Positions 31,709-42,773 of a stretch of DNA of 64,000 bases are shown here, in pieces (positions within the stretch are counted from its first letter, which is position 1; every line of letters starts with the position of its first letter). The notes below the pieces were generated by a model. That model saw only the letters and a program-made list of their open reading frames with translations, was not told where the DNA came from and did no database searches. A program made the position numbers and the translations under genes. The DNA comes from Bacteroidales bacterium (GTDB lineage Bacteria; Bacteroidota; Bacteroidia; Bacteroidales; PWNQ01). The stretch is from assembly GCA_021738505.1 (NCBI GenBank), contig JAIPBW010000003.1, forward strand, positions 4,063 through 68,062. The letters run 5' to 3'.

Positions 31709-32275
31709 TTACGAACTAATCAAACGTCGCTCAATTTTCTTTTTAATTTGCAAGGGTTCATAAACACGCCAATTAAATATCTCATCTTCGAATTCGGGGA
31801 AACACACTATTTCATCCAGGTCAGCCTGCATGAATTCCCGTATAACATGTTCACGAAAACTTAAGGCAAATATATACCCTTCCGGCTCAATATCTTCTTC
31901 CCATTCCTGATAATAATCATCATCCCCGGAATGAAAATTGAGCACATTCTCTCCAATCAGAATAAATTTTTTAATTCCTTGCCTGTTCATAGGGTCAATG
32001 AGATTATTTTTAAGGTACATAATGTCATTGTATAGGATATCGTTCCACTCACCCAATAATTCAATAATGGCGAACTCGTGCTCGTAATTCACATAAAGCA
32101 CTTTTGAGACCAATGTAGCAGACCCAAACAAATCCCATTGAGGGTGTATAAAGTAGTTGTAGATCGCATGTGTAAACTCCACTTCACTATAAACCCGTCC
32201 ATAAAACGGAGATTTAGGATCTTCCGATGCAATGTAATAGTGTCGCCAGGAAAAAAAAGGTTCAATCAAATGCAT
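31709..32275 (-). CDS. Conserved Bacteroidota hypothetical protein
   Basis: IEPFFSWRHYY, YNYFIHPQWD, GEWND, IGENVLNFH; alternative start at 32302. Confidence 0.75.
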   Translation of the reverse strand: MHLIEPFFSWRHYYIASEDPKSPFYGRVYSEVEFTHAIYNYFIHPQWDLFGSATLVSKVLYVNYEHEFAIIELLGEWNDILYNDIMYLKNNLIDPMNRQGIKKFILIGENVLNFHSGDDDYYQEWEEDIEPEGYIFALSFREHVIREFMQADLDEIVCFPEFEDEIFNWRVYEPLQIKKKIERRLISS

Positions 32276-32458
32276 AATGTAATCCTTGTGATTTGAGTTC
32301 ATCTGTTAAAGTAGAAAAACCAATTAATCTACTTTATCCAAAAGACAGATCCTGTTTTTACTATAGCGTTTTTTGCTCTGCGATATTGTAAACTATCTAT
32401 TTCAAAGGATTAAATTTTTATTACCCCGCTGTTTTGCAGATCTTACCGGGTGTTTCTT

Positions 32459-33121
32459 TTAATATTCTATTGTAATTTTAGTTGTATCAAAAGGTTCAAT
32501 ATAAACAGAGTCCGGGCCATACAGATTTGTTGAATTATTAATTGTTACATTGTACTCATAACTATAATAGTCTCCTCCCGGGGCTATACATACAAAGGTC
32601 GTATCGAAATACTGTCCATATCCGTGGATGTATTCAGAAGGACAACAATCTATACATTCATATTGTCCGGCATCCAGAAAGCGTAAAACAATATGGTCAT
32701 TTTCGTTATATGAGGAAACATTGTTGATTTCTGTTTTAATATACCCTTTACTTGCTAAATTAAAAGACATATTTACTTGCTGCTCTGCTTCAAATACATC
32801 GGGGGCATATTCTTCCCTAAAAGGTATATAGGAATCTTTGCGTACTGTAATCCTGTAATCGGAAGATCTTTCTTTCTCATATTGGAGCTGATAAGAACCA
32901 TCGGATGATGTTGTTGCTGAGACAAGCTTTTGATAACCGGCATTATAAACACTGGAAGAAACAGGTTTATTATCAAGAATAACAGTTGCATCCGAAACTC
33001 CATTTCCTGTATTTGTATTTATCACTTTTCCTTCAACCGTTATGTTCTGTTCATCTTTTTCACAGGAACTAAAACCTAACAATAGCAAGCAAGAAAAGAC
33101 CAATAAACTATATTTTTTCAT
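32459..33121 (-). CDS. Lipoprotein with carboxypeptidase-regulatory-like beta-sandwich
   Basis: Lipobox FSSC; VEGKVINTNTGNGVSDATV, TTSSDGSY; Cys cluster ECIDCC. Confidence 0.7.
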   Translation of the reverse strand: MKKYSLLVFSCLLLLGFSSCEKDEQNITVEGKVINTNTGNGVSDATVILDNKPVSSSVYNAGYQKLVSATTSSDGSYQLQYEKERSSDYRITVRKDSYIPFREEYAPDVFEAEQQVNMSFNLASKGYIKTEINNVSSYNENDHIVLRFLDAGQYECIDCCPSEYIHGYGQYFDTTFVCIAPGGDYYSYEYNVTINNSTNLYGPDSVYIEPFDTTKITIEY

Positions 33122-33218
33122 ACGTCTGATTATACATAATTCTTATATATATAACTCATGCTATTTGCATTTTGTTTTCCTTTTATCCAAATATCATCAT
33201 ACAAATTATCTTACAAAT

Positions 33219-33272
33219 ATAAAACCTCCATGGCAGTTGTAGTTGTTTTCGAGACATAAGAGAATGATTAAT
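33219..33272. repeat. Isolated copy of the terminal module of the AATGAC element
   Basis: aaaacctccatggc...tttcgagacataagagaatgattaa matches 42778-42823 aaacctccatggc...tttcgacacataggagaatgattaa. Confidence 0.8.
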
Positions 33273-33390
33273 ATACAGGCGAATTGGCGATAATTGGACT
33301 GATCGAACAAAGCGACGTAAAGGATCAACGATTTAACAGACAGCCTAAAATTGTGTTTTTGCAAAAAATTAATTTAAACAATAGCAACAT

Positions 33391-33426
33391 AAAAAAACCG
33401 GGCGATTAACCCGGCTATTTTTTTTT
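33391..33426 (-). terminator. Intrinsic terminator of rpoD (possibly bidirectional)
   Basis: A7-ccggg-cgattaa-cccgg then a T run. Confidence 0.75.
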
Positions 33427-33437
33427 GTCCACAAATT

Positions 33438-34304
33438 TTATTCTCCAAGATAAGCTTTTAAAAGCTTGCTTCTTGATTTTTGTTTCAATCTACGTATCGC
33501 TTTCTCTTTGATCTGCCGAACGCGTTCGCGTGTAAGCTCAAATTCAGCACCTATTTCTTCGAGTGTCATTCCATGATTTCGGCCAATGCCGTAGTAATAC
33601 GTGACAACATCACGTTCTTTCTCGGGTAATGTAGCTAATGAACGCCGGATTTCTTTTACCAGCGATTCTTTCATCAAATCATCATCTGCATCCGGAGAGT
33701 CATCATTAACAAATACATCAATCATACTGGTATCTTCACCATCCACGAGCGGTGCATCCATGGAAACATGTCTTGATGAAATCTTCATAGCCGTATTCAC
33801 TTTATCTTCCGGCAATTCCATTGAAGTTGCAATTTCATCAGACAAAGGTGCACGTTCATATTTTTGCTCAAGCTTTGATTTTTGCTTGGCTATTTTATTA
33901 AGTGACCCCACCTGGTTTAATGGCAAACGAACAATCCTTGATTGCTCTGCCAAAGCTTGAAGTATAGATTGGCGAATCCACCACACGGCATAAGAAATAA
34001 ATTTAAATCCGCGTGTTTCATCAAATCGTTTTGCTGCTTTAATCAACCCAAGATTTCCTTCATTGATCAGGTCAGGAAGGCTAAGCCCCTGATTTTGATA
34101 TTGCTTTGCAACGGAAACGACAAAGCGCAGGTTAGCTTTAGTTAACTTTTCCAGGGCAACCTGGTCTCCTTGCTTAATTCTTTTCGCAAGCTGAACCTCT
34201 TCTTCGGCTGTAATCAGCTCTTCCTTTCCGATATCCTGAAGATATTTGTCAAGTGATGCTGTTTCACGATTCGTAATGGACTTGGAAATCTTTAGTTGTC
34301 TCAT
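33438..34304 (-). CDS. rpoD: Primary sigma-70 factor (Bacteroidota short RpoD/SigA type)
   Basis: [45 protein letters not shown]. Confidence 0.96.
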   Translation of the reverse strand: MRQLKISKSITNRETASLDKYLQDIGKEELITAEEEVQLAKRIKQGDQVALEKLTKANLRFVVSVAKQYQNQGLSLPDLINEGNLGLIKAAKRFDETRGFKFISYAVWWIRQSILQALAEQSRIVRLPLNQVGSLNKIAKQKSKLEQKYERAPLSDEIATSMELPEDKVNTAMKISSRHVSMDAPLVDGEDTSMIDVFVNDDSPDADDDLMKESLVKEIRRSLATLPEKERDVVTYYYGIGRNHGMTLEEIGAEFELTRERVRQIKEKAIRRLKQKSRSKLLKAYLGE

Positions 34305-34415
34305 GTTTTTCCTATATATTTAAGTGGCTGTAAATCAGGTTATTGCATAATTCTTTTTGAGGGTACAAATATACGCATTTTTTAAATACTTGTCAACCCT
34401 TAATTTTACCATTTT

Positions 34416-35873
34416 TTATAATCCGAAACCATAATATGCCTGCATTCCGTTTGGATAAACTCCTTTAATCAATACTCCACCTTCTTTTTCAGATAAAATA
34501 TCTTTTAACTCTTCTGCTGAGTCTACTTTCTTTTTATCAACATGTGTTATAATAAATCCTTCGCGAATACCGGCTGATTTCAATTTACCGGACCTAAGTT
34601 CTGTTACCTGAACACCCTGCTCTATGCCTAATCTCTGCAATTGATCACCTTCTGCATTTTCAAGAGTTGCTCCAAGCACAGAGGATATACTTAATTCATC
34701 CGGATCGAGCAATTTTGTTTTTCCTGTACGTCCTTGCAAGACAAGAGTTACACTTTTCTTCTTATTATTACGAATATAATTTATATCTACCTTATCTCCA
34801 GGATGATATTGTGCTATTAACTCCAATAAACGCCCGGAGCTATTCACTTGATTTCCGTCAATGGAAACAATTATATCTCCTTCTTTGAGTCCACCTTTAT
34901 CAGCAGCGCCATCATCCTCTACTCCGTCAATATATACTCCTTGCAGTTTATCTATATCTTCTTTTTCTGCCAATTTGCTATTGATATCCCGGATGGTTAC
35001 ACCAATAAATGCCCGCTGAACCATGCCATATTTTTTTAGGTCATTAGCTACTTTTTCGGCAATATTCACAGGTATCGCAAAAGAATAACCCGTATATGAG
35101 CCTGTATTAGAAGCTATAGCGGCATTAATTCCTACCAGTTCACCTTCTGTATTAACCAGAGCTCCACCACTATTCCCTCGATTCACAGCAGCATCTGTTT
35201 GTATAAATGACTCTATAGCAGAACGTTTTCCAAGAATATTAATATTCCTGGCTTTAGCACTAACAATTCCGGCTGTAACCGTGCTTGTCAGATTAAATGG
35301 ATTACCGACGGCCAAAACCCATTCGCCTATGCTTAATTTATCGGAATCTCCCATCTCCAGATAGGGTAAATTTTTCTCGTCAATTTTTATCAAGGCCAAA
35401 TCTGTACTGGGATCCAGACCTTCAATTTTAGCATCGTACGTTCGCTTATCATTAAGAGTTACCTTGATTTCTTCGGCAGATTCAACCACATGATTATTCG
35501 TTAATATATATCCATCCGAACTAATGATAACACCACTACCACTGGCCCTCATGGGAACATCACCATTACGGGGTTCCAAACCAAAAAACTGCTCATAAAT
35601 AGTGGTTCGACGTTTCGCCTTTGTCTTTATGTGGACAACAGCATGAACCGTTTTGTCGGCTGCAGCGCCAAAGTCAGGCCCAACTATCGTTTTGGAAGCA
35701 TTATAGGAAGTGCTTGTATTGCCTGTTTGATAGGCTGTTACGGCCTCCTGGGATGCGCTTGTATATTCAGCTTGACTTGATTGTTCCTGAGGCGATAGTA
35801 ATAAATGATATAAACCAAGAGCCAGAATCGCTCCTGCAAATGCCGCTAAAATTGTTGATAAATACTTTTTCAT
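34416..35873 (-). CDS. HtrA/DegP-family serine protease with two PDZ domains
   Basis: TNNHVV, DLA, QTDAAVNRGNSGG; N-terminal membrane anchor. Confidence 0.96.
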   Translation of the reverse strand: MKKYLSTILAAFAGAILALGLYHLLLSPQEQSSQAEYTSASQEAVTAYQTGNTSTSYNASKTIVGPDFGAAADKTVHAVVHIKTKAKRRTTIYEQFFGLEPRNGDVPMRASGSGVIISSDGYILTNNHVVESAEEIKVTLNDKRTYDAKIEGLDPSTDLALIKIDEKNLPYLEMGDSDKLSIGEWVLAVGNPFNLTSTVTAGIVSAKARNINILGKRSAIESFIQTDAAVNRGNSGGALVNTEGELVGINAAIASNTGSYTGYSFAIPVNIAEKVANDLKKYGMVQRAFIGVTIRDINSKLAEKEDIDKLQGVYIDGVEDDGAADKGGLKEGDIIVSIDGNQVNSSGRLLELIAQYHPGDKVDINYIRNNKKKSVTLVLQGRTGKTKLLDPDELSISSVLGATLENAEGDQLQRLGIEQGVQVTELRSGKLKSAGIREGFIITHVDKKKVDSAEELKDILSEKEGGVLIKGVYPNGMQAYYGFGL

Positions 35874-36134
35874 AATTACGTACCTTTTTTAACAATTATT
35901 TGACTTAAAAGTTCTTTCTGTTTTATTAAATATCAAACATTATACCTTATTTTAACTCATTTTCCTTATTTTCGCATAAGCATAAGTTAAACGTAATGGT
36001 ATATAAGCATGTTTCTTTATGATCTGTTAAAATATGTTAAGGTAACTCTATGTGTTATTTATCGTAAAGACTTCTTGAAAATAAGAACAGAAACACAAAT
36101 ACGTGCTTTAGATTAAGACATTTTGTCAGCTTTT

Positions 36135-36845
36135 ATGAAAAACAACCTTAAATATTATCTGGCTGGCTTACTCACCGGTATACTTATCGGCATTGGGTTA
36201 ATTTTTATTTTTCAAAGCGGCGAGGAGAAAAAGTCCCCTCAGTTTGTACTAAGAAACGAAGCTAAAGAAACTCCAAACTATAAAAAAGAACAAAAGCCTT
36301 CAAAAAATCAAACAGAGGCAAGTATAGAAAACAAAAATACTACAGATACTGTTGCCAGACAATCAACAGACTCTGTTACTACAAATGCCGCTCAAAATAT
36401 TGATACGTCAAAAACCCCATCTGACACAAGCCAACAACCTATAGAGCAGGACACAGTCCCAACCTCAAAAGACAGCTTGCCGCAGGATCAGAATAATGAC
36501 ATCGTTGTAATGGAAGATAAACTCATTGACAAACAAATTGTATCAATTAATGTCACTTCCCCCTCGGATACTAACAAAGCGAGGAAAAACCTCGATTCCT
36601 TACTTGTTGATGATCAAACAACAAAAAATTCACAACTGGACTCTATTACGATTGAATATTGGAAATCCCCGATTAATTACAAAGGATACCGCAGAATATA
36701 TAACCGGCTTATTGTTTTTGGATTTACACCGCAAGACACAATTGAAATATTCCGGCGTAACAAAAAGCTTTATATGCAAATCCATGATAAAAACTTCCCT
36801 TTAAATGAAACAAATAATTTCAGGTCCATTTGGTTTAGCCAATAA
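36135..36845 (+). CDS. Membrane-anchored hypothetical protein with low-complexity linker
   Basis: N-terminal TM, T/S/Q-rich linker, conserved-looking EYWKSPINYKGY; TTG at 36123 is an alternative start. Confidence 0.7.
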   Translation: MKNNLKYYLAGLLTGILIGIGLIFIFQSGEEKKSPQFVLRNEAKETPNYKKEQKPSKNQTEASIENKNTTDTVARQSTDSVTTNAAQNIDTSKTPSDTSQQPIEQDTVPTSKDSLPQDQNNDIVVMEDKLIDKQIVSINVTSPSDTNKARKNLDSLLVDDQTTKNSQLDSITIEYWKSPINYKGYRRIYNRLIVFGFTPQDTIEIFRRNKKLYMQIHDKNFPLNETNNFRSIWFSQ

Positions 36846-36909
36846 TTTTATAGAATATCCGGCGTTTTTAATCTTTTTACCATAACCAGAACATCAATAA
36901 AACAACAAT

Positions 36910-37686
36910 ATGCACTTTTGGAAATTTCATGGAAACGGCAATGATTTTGTCATGATAGACAACCGCAAAGGTGACTTCGATGACAATTTCAATCATATCC
37001 GAAAGCTTTGTGATCGTCATTTTGGCATAGGCGCTGACGGACTGATTACTCTCGGGGCTTCAAAGGAATACGATTTCTCCATGCAATACTACAATGCTGA
37101 CGGGAAAGAAGGAACAATGTGCGGTAATGGCGGAAGGTGTATAATCGCTTTTGCTCATATGCTGCATGTGCTCAATGAGCAAAAAACTATTTTTCGTGCA
37201 ATAGATGGCATTCACCAAGGGAAAGTACTTCACAATTCAGAAAATAAGTGGAATATCGCTCTGCAAATGAATAATGTGGAAAATGCCAGTGAACGATTTA
37301 ATGATACAGGTTCACCCCATCATATTGAATTTGTTTCAAACCTGCCGGAAACAGATGTTTTTTCCCAGGGAAAAGCAATTCGTAACAGTCCGGAATATAA
37401 AAATATCGGAGGAGTGAATGTGAATTTTTTGGAAGAAAGAAATGGGATTCTCAATATCCGGACCTATGAACGTGGTGTGGAAAATGAAACCCTATCCTGC
37501 GGGACAGGTAGTGTTGCTGCAGCATTAGCTTATGCAATGAAAAACAATATTCAAAACGGTCCGGTAGAAATAAAAACAATGGGTGGAAGTTTGCAAATCG
37601 ACTTTAAAAGAACCAATCAACAATTTAGCGATATCTGGATATATGGTCCGGCTATTAAAGTTTTCGAAGGAAATATTACCGGTTAA
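36910..37686 (+). CDS. dapF: Diaminopimelate epimerase
   Basis: GNGNDF, MCGNGGRC, TGSPH, ERGVENETLSCGTG. Confidence 0.98.
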   Translation: MHFWKFHGNGNDFVMIDNRKGDFDDNFNHIRKLCDRHFGIGADGLITLGASKEYDFSMQYYNADGKEGTMCGNGGRCIIAFAHMLHVLNEQKTIFRAIDGIHQGKVLHNSENKWNIALQMNNVENASERFNDTGSPHHIEFVSNLPETDVFSQGKAIRNSPEYKNIGGVNVNFLEERNGILNIRTYERGVENETLSCGTGSVAAALAYAMKNNIQNGPVEIKTMGGSLQIDFKRTNQQFSDIWIYGPAIKVFEGNITG

Positions 37687-37810
37687 CTTTATATGAGTAT
37701 TTTTATCAATCCAATTAAAAATTCTTATACTCACTTATGTTATTTCGCAATTCGCTTAACGTAAATTTAAAAGTTGATAAACTATTAACCGAGGTATAGC
37801 CAAACACAAG

Positions 37811-38344
37811 ATGAACAAAAACAATCATAACATCAAATTACGTGTTCCGGAGCCAGAAGATATAGAAACGCTTGTGAGCTGGGAAAATGACGCTTCAATC
37901 TGGCATGCAGGAATAACAACCATCCCATATTCCCGTTTTGAAGTGGAGCAGTTTATACTAAAAAATCAAAACGACGCTTTCCAGGAAAAGCAAGTTCGTT
38001 TCCTGATCACATTAGCTGCTAATAACAAAAGTATTGGTACTGCCGATTTATTTGACATAAATGCACTTCATCGACGAGCCGGCATAGGAATTATGATCGT
38101 GAAAGAATACAGAAATAAAGGCTATGCAAAAGAAGCTCTTCAATTAATTGAAGAATATGCATTTAAATCATTATGGCTTCAGCAGATTTATGCAAATATT
38201 CATGCAAACAACTCTATTAGCATAGAACTTTTTAAAACAGCAGGGTTTGATCATAACGGGACAAAAAAAGCCTGGATAAGAACCCCGCATAACTTTCTGG
38301 ATGAATTGTTTATGCAAAAATTAAACCCGGAATACCATGGTTAA
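37811..38344 (+). CDS. GNAT (RimJ/RimL-type) acetyltransferase
   Basis: YRNKGYAKEAL, NNSISIELFKTAGF; in the usual dapF-GNAT-mltG order. Confidence 0.92.
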   Translation: MNKNNHNIKLRVPEPEDIETLVSWENDASIWHAGITTIPYSRFEVEQFILKNQNDAFQEKQVRFLITLAANNKSIGTADLFDINALHRRAGIGIMIVKEYRNKGYAKEALQLIEEYAFKSLWLQQIYANIHANNSISIELFKTAGFDHNGTKKAWIRTPHNFLDELFMQKLNPEYHG

Positions 38345-39383
38345 AAAGAAAAAGCGGAACATCTTCTTCATTATCCTTCTGCTCCTCATGATTGCTTTAG
38401 GTGCTTTTGCTTATATTAAATACAAATCAGTATTTATAAAACCTGCTGCACCGGAACGTACTCAGTCAGCATCTGTTTTCATACCTTCACAAGCAGATTT
38501 TGAGACGTTAAAAGACAGTATTTTTAAATATAACCTGATAAGTGATAGTATACTTTTCGAAAAAGTAGCTCGTTACAAAGATCTACCGCAAAATATTCAT
38601 GGCGGCCATTATCAGATTGCTCCGGAGATCACTCTCAACCAACTTATAAATAAATTTTCCAGTGGTTTGCAAACGCCCGTATATGTTACTTTTAACAACA
38701 TACGAAAAATCGAAGAATTTGCCGGCAGCGTGGGGAAACAACTTGAACTTGATTCAACTGTAATAATGCACTTATTACATAGTGAAGAAATACTCAATAT
38801 GCTTAATACAAGCGAAAAAAAACTACTCGGCTATTTTATCCCCAACACTTATGAATTTTATTGGAATATTTCGGCAAAAGCTTTCTTTAAACGGATGAAA
38901 AAAGAACATGAACGATTCTGGAATTCCAACCGGAGAGCTCAAGCCCGGGCGATAGGACTTTCCCCGCACGAAGTAGCCACACTTGCTTCTATTGTTCAGG
39001 AAGAAACCAACCAAACTTCAGAGATGGACAAAATTGCCGGAGTGTACATCAACCGGCTAAACCACGGCATGCTCCTGCAAGCAGACCCTACATTAAAATA
39101 TGCAATCGATGACTGGAGTATCCGGCGTGTTTTGAATAAACACAAAACGATAGACTCTCCTTACAACACATACAAATATGCAGGCTTACCGCCCGGCCCT
39201 ATTTGCATGCCTGAGCCAAAAACTATAGACCAGGTGTTAAACTTTGAAAACCATAACTATTTCTATTTTGTTGCCAGTGTTGATAGCTTAGGATTTCATA
39301 GTTTTTCTAAAACTCTGCGGGAACATAACCGTAAGGCAAATAGATATCGCCGATATTTAAACCAGAACAGAATATATCAGTAG
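38337..39383 (+). CDS. mltG: Endolytic transglycosylase
   Basis: LASIVQEET, LQADPT, SPYNTYKYAGLPPGPI. Confidence 0.97.
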   Translation: MVKKKKRNIFFIILLLLMIALGAFAYIKYKSVFIKPAAPERTQSASVFIPSQADFETLKDSIFKYNLISDSILFEKVARYKDLPQNIHGGHYQIAPEITLNQLINKFSSGLQTPVYVTFNNIRKIEEFAGSVGKQLELDSTVIMHLLHSEEILNMLNTSEKKLLGYFIPNTYEFYWNISAKAFFKRMKKEHERFWNSNRRAQARAIGLSPHEVATLASIVQEETNQTSEMDKIAGVYINRLNHGMLLQADPTLKYAIDDWSIRRVLNKHKTIDSPYNTYKYAGLPPGPICMPEPKTIDQVLNFENHNYFYFVASVDSLGFHSFSKTLREHNRKANRYRRYLNQNRIYQ

Positions 39384-39446
39384 ATAATAGACATCACTTG
39401 CTGTAATGTTTAACATAAATCAATCAAAAACCTAAACTTTGTTATT

Positions 39447-40361
39447 TTGTCAGGCTATTCCAACACATATGATCCTTCACGAAAAATAGCAGTTTGTCTT
39501 TTTCTACTTATCCTGACTTCTAATATGGTCTTTGGCAAATCATGTTCACCTGATAGTACAAATAAAAAACGTTTAACAAAGGTATTAATAGCTCAAGGGG
39601 CACTATATGGCGGTTCTCTCGTTGGACTTGAGTCCTTATGGTACAGCAATTATTCCCGCTCATCTTTTCATTTTTTTAATGACAATCAGGAATGGCTGCA
39701 AATTGACAAAGCAGGTCATGCCCTTACCGGTTATACATTAAGCCAACTCTCAAAAGACACTTATTTATGGAGTGGTATGACCCCTAAAAAAGCTTCTATT
39801 ATGGGGAGTCTGGCGGGTTTTAGTTATCTCACTGTTATTGAAATCTTAGACGGTTTCAGCACCAACTGGGGAGCTTCCATCGGGGACCTGGCTGCCAATT
39901 TTGCCGGATGTGGTCTCTTTTTAAGTCAAGAACTGGCATGGCAAGAACAAAAATTCCAGTTGAAATGGTCTTTTCATACGACTCAATATGCAGAAAAAAA
40001 TCCCTCGATGTTTGGGAATTCCCTGCCTGTAAATATGCTAAAAGATTATAATGGACAAACGACCTGGTTGTCATTTCATCCGATGCTAAACAAAGAAAAT
40101 TCCTTCATTCCCCTTTGGCTAAATATTGCAGCTGGATATAGCGCTAACGGCATGCTGAATGCAGTTGAGAACAAAGCCCCGTGGCAAGATACAGATCGTT
40201 ACCGTCAATATTTACTTTCGTTGGATATTAACTGGAGAAAAATCCCCACAAATTCAAAAACGCTTAAATTTGTCTTCAAAACTTTAAGCTTTATTAAGAT
40301 TCCGTTTCCTGCCATTGAATTTTCGGAAAAAGGAATCAGAACTCATGGATCATATTTTTAA
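39447..40361 (+). CDS. DUF2279/YfiM-like protein
   Basis: DKAGH, IEILDGFS, GDLAAN, KDYNGQT; start (TTG) uncertain. Confidence 0.85.
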   Translation: MSGYSNTYDPSRKIAVCLFLLILTSNMVFGKSCSPDSTNKKRLTKVLIAQGALYGGSLVGLESLWYSNYSRSSFHFFNDNQEWLQIDKAGHALTGYTLSQLSKDTYLWSGMTPKKASIMGSLAGFSYLTVIEILDGFSTNWGASIGDLAANFAGCGLFLSQELAWQEQKFQLKWSFHTTQYAEKNPSMFGNSLPVNMLKDYNGQTTWLSFHPMLNKENSFIPLWLNIAAGYSANGMLNAVENKAPWQDTDRYRQYLLSLDINWRKIPTNSKTLKFVFKTLSFIKIPFPAIEFSEKGIRTHGSYF

Positions 40362-40372
40362 AAGAATTACTT

Positions 40373-41728
40373 ATGAATGCATTTAAAGCATACGATATAC
40401 GCGGAATCTATAACAAAGATTTCAATAAAGAAGATGTATATCGAATCGGATACTACTTGCCTGTATTAATGCAAACAGACAAAATCCTTATCGGAAAAGA
40501 CAGTAGAATTTCATCTCCTGAAATTTTCCAGGCCCTTGCTGATGGAATTAACGCCCAGGGTTGTGATGTATATGATGCCGGTATAACAACGACACCCATG
40601 GTCTATTACCTAACAGCCAATGATAACTTTGATGCATCAGTTATGATCACGGCCTCACACAACGACAAGGAATATAATGGACTCAAAATTAGCGGACCCA
40701 AAGCAACTCCAATTGGTTATGATAACGGCCTTGCTGAACTTGAGCAAATGATTGCCCAAGAACCTCAGCCAAACAAAACCATAGGAAAAATAATAGACCA
40801 TAACCGCAAAGAAATATACAAGAAGTTTTTAGATCAATACAAAAAAGATTATTCCGGTTTAAAACTGGCTGTTGATTGCTCAAATGGGGTAGCGGGCCTC
40901 TTTGCAGAAAATATCTTCGGACAAAATACTCAATATCTAAACCTTGCAATGAATGGTGACTTTCCCGGGCATGCACCTAATCCTTTAGTGGAAAAAAATG
41001 TAGAGTCATTAAAGCAAACAGTAAGAGAAAATCATCTGGATTTGGGTGTTATTTTTGACGGTGATGCGGACCGTGTAATGTTCGTGGATGAAAAAGCGCA
41101 ATTTATCCGTCCGGATTTAATAATTGCTCTCATGGGCGACTATTTTCTTAAAGACAAAGCAAATGAAAAAGTGCTTTTTGATATCCGGAGCTCACGAGTC
41201 GTAAAAGAACACCTGGAAAAATTAGGCGCGCAAACCTATATGTGGCGCGTAGGACGAGCCTTTGCTGCACGGAAACTCAAAGATATCAATGGGCTGTTTA
41301 GCGGAGAATTAGCCGGACATTATTATTTCCGAGATTTCTTTTATTCGGACTCAGGCATGCTTTCCGCTATGATTGTTCTTAATGTTATGCTGGAATTAAA
41401 ACAAAAAGGCATTACCATTTCCGAATACTTCTCTAAAATTAATTACCTCAGCAATTCCGGTGAAATCAATTTTAAGATCAACCAGAAAAAGGAAGCCATG
41501 GAAGCCCTGAAGAAATATTTTTCCAGCCAGGAAGAATTAGAAGCGCTCTATGATTTTGATGGCTACCGTCTGGAGTTTAAAAATTGGTGGTTCAACGTCA
41601 GACCATCAAATACAGAACCTTACCTTCGGTTTATTGCAGAAGCAAACTCTACAGAAAAACTTAAACAGGTTATCGACAAAACACAAAGCATTATCAATCA
41701 AATCAAAGACAAAGAAACATCCCGGTAA
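40373..41728 (+). CDS. Phosphomannomutase/phosphoglucomutase
   Basis: FKAYDIRG, TASHN, DGDADR, GELAGH, RPSNTEP. Confidence 0.96.
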   Translation: MNAFKAYDIRGIYNKDFNKEDVYRIGYYLPVLMQTDKILIGKDSRISSPEIFQALADGINAQGCDVYDAGITTTPMVYYLTANDNFDASVMITASHNDKEYNGLKISGPKATPIGYDNGLAELEQMIAQEPQPNKTIGKIIDHNRKEIYKKFLDQYKKDYSGLKLAVDCSNGVAGLFAENIFGQNTQYLNLAMNGDFPGHAPNPLVEKNVESLKQTVRENHLDLGVIFDGDADRVMFVDEKAQFIRPDLIIALMGDYFLKDKANEKVLFDIRSSRVVKEHLEKLGAQTYMWRVGRAFAARKLKDINGLFSGELAGHYYFRDFFYSDSGMLSAMIVLNVMLELKQKGITISEYFSKINYLSNSGEINFKINQKKEAMEALKKYFSSQEELEALYDFDGYRLEFKNWWFNVRPSNTEPYLRFIAEANSTEKLKQVIDKTQSIINQIKDKETSR

Positions 41729-41814
41729 TCATAAAACCCATTTGAAGCTAAGTTCTCACTGGAATAAAGATTACACCGTAAAACTTGAATACATCTATTA
41801 TATAGTTCCCTGAT

Positions 41815-42768
41815 ATGAATAAAAAGATAAACCAAATTTCATTTTTGTTAAAACGAATCATGTGGCTTATCGGATTCCTTTTAATTAGCCCCTGCATGCT
41901 GTTTCCCCAGGACTGGAATGAAAAATTTGAGTGGTGGAACAACAAACATAATTGGGATGGCGTAACTCCCTGGCATCAATATATCGGATTGTCAACTTCC
42001 TATATGGGCCCCAATGCATTACCTGTTCCCCAAATCCAGGATGCATCATTAGCCAAAGTTCCGGAATTCAACTATTCCAACAATTATTTCTTCCAAAAGG
42101 GAGATCATACGGTAGATGCCAAAATTAAATTCATTTATCCTTTTGAACGTGTTCAATTATCAGCGTGGATTGTACCGCTGGAGTATTTTCATATAACAGA
42201 TACATTAATCCGCGATAAACGAGCTATTCGTTATAAAAACCCGGAAGGAACAGCATCCGGCGACCTATACATGGGAACCCATGTAAAGATTATAGATAAT
42301 GCTCAATGGCCGGATATTGTTTTAGGTTTTGTCTTCCGCACTGCATCCGGTTCAAAACTCTCCATGGCAAGATATACCGACATGCCGGGGTATTATTTTG
42401 ATCTTTCCGTAGGACATACTTTTCAATTGGATCATGAAAATTTAAAAAAAATCCGCTTATATGGCATGAGTGGTTTTTATGTATATCAAACTTACGATCT
42501 GCTTCACAATCAAAACGATGCTGTTTTATACGGATTAGGCGCTAACCTGCATTTTAAGAAATTTTCCGTTTCAAACCAGTTGGGTGGCTATTATGGTTAT
42601 TTGGATATTGGAGATCACCCAATGATATATCGCTTAAAGATTAAATTAAAACAACAACATTTTGACTGGCATCTCCGTTATCAATACGGCATCAATGATT
42701 ATCCTTACCAATCAACAGGCATAGGATTTACGTGGAAGATCCCCGAAATTGGGATTCAAAAAAAATAA
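41815..42768 (+). CDS. Hypothetical exported protein, probable outer-membrane beta-barrel
   Basis: Signal-like N-terminus, MGPNALPVP, alternating aromatic beta strands, terminal GFTWKI. Confidence 0.6.
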   Translation: MNKKINQISFLLKRIMWLIGFLLISPCMLFPQDWNEKFEWWNNKHNWDGVTPWHQYIGLSTSYMGPNALPVPQIQDASLAKVPEFNYSNNYFFQKGDHTVDAKIKFIYPFERVQLSAWIVPLEYFHITDTLIRDKRAIRYKNPEGTASGDLYMGTHVKIIDNAQWPDIVLGFVFRTASGSKLSMARYTDMPGYYFDLSVGHTFQLDHENLKKIRLYGMSGFYVYQTYDLLHNQNDAVLYGLGANLHFKKFSVSNQLGGYYGYLDIGDHPMIYRLKIKLKQQHFDWHLRYQYGINDYPYQSTGIGFTWKIPEIGIQKK

Positions 42769-42773
42769 GAAAA

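Noticed and set aside
39447-39490. Possible frameshifted start of the DUF2279 gene (out-of-frame ATG at 39469)
   Set aside because: An in-frame TTG start gives a plausible signal-like N-terminus; no slippery site or other evidence for recoding.
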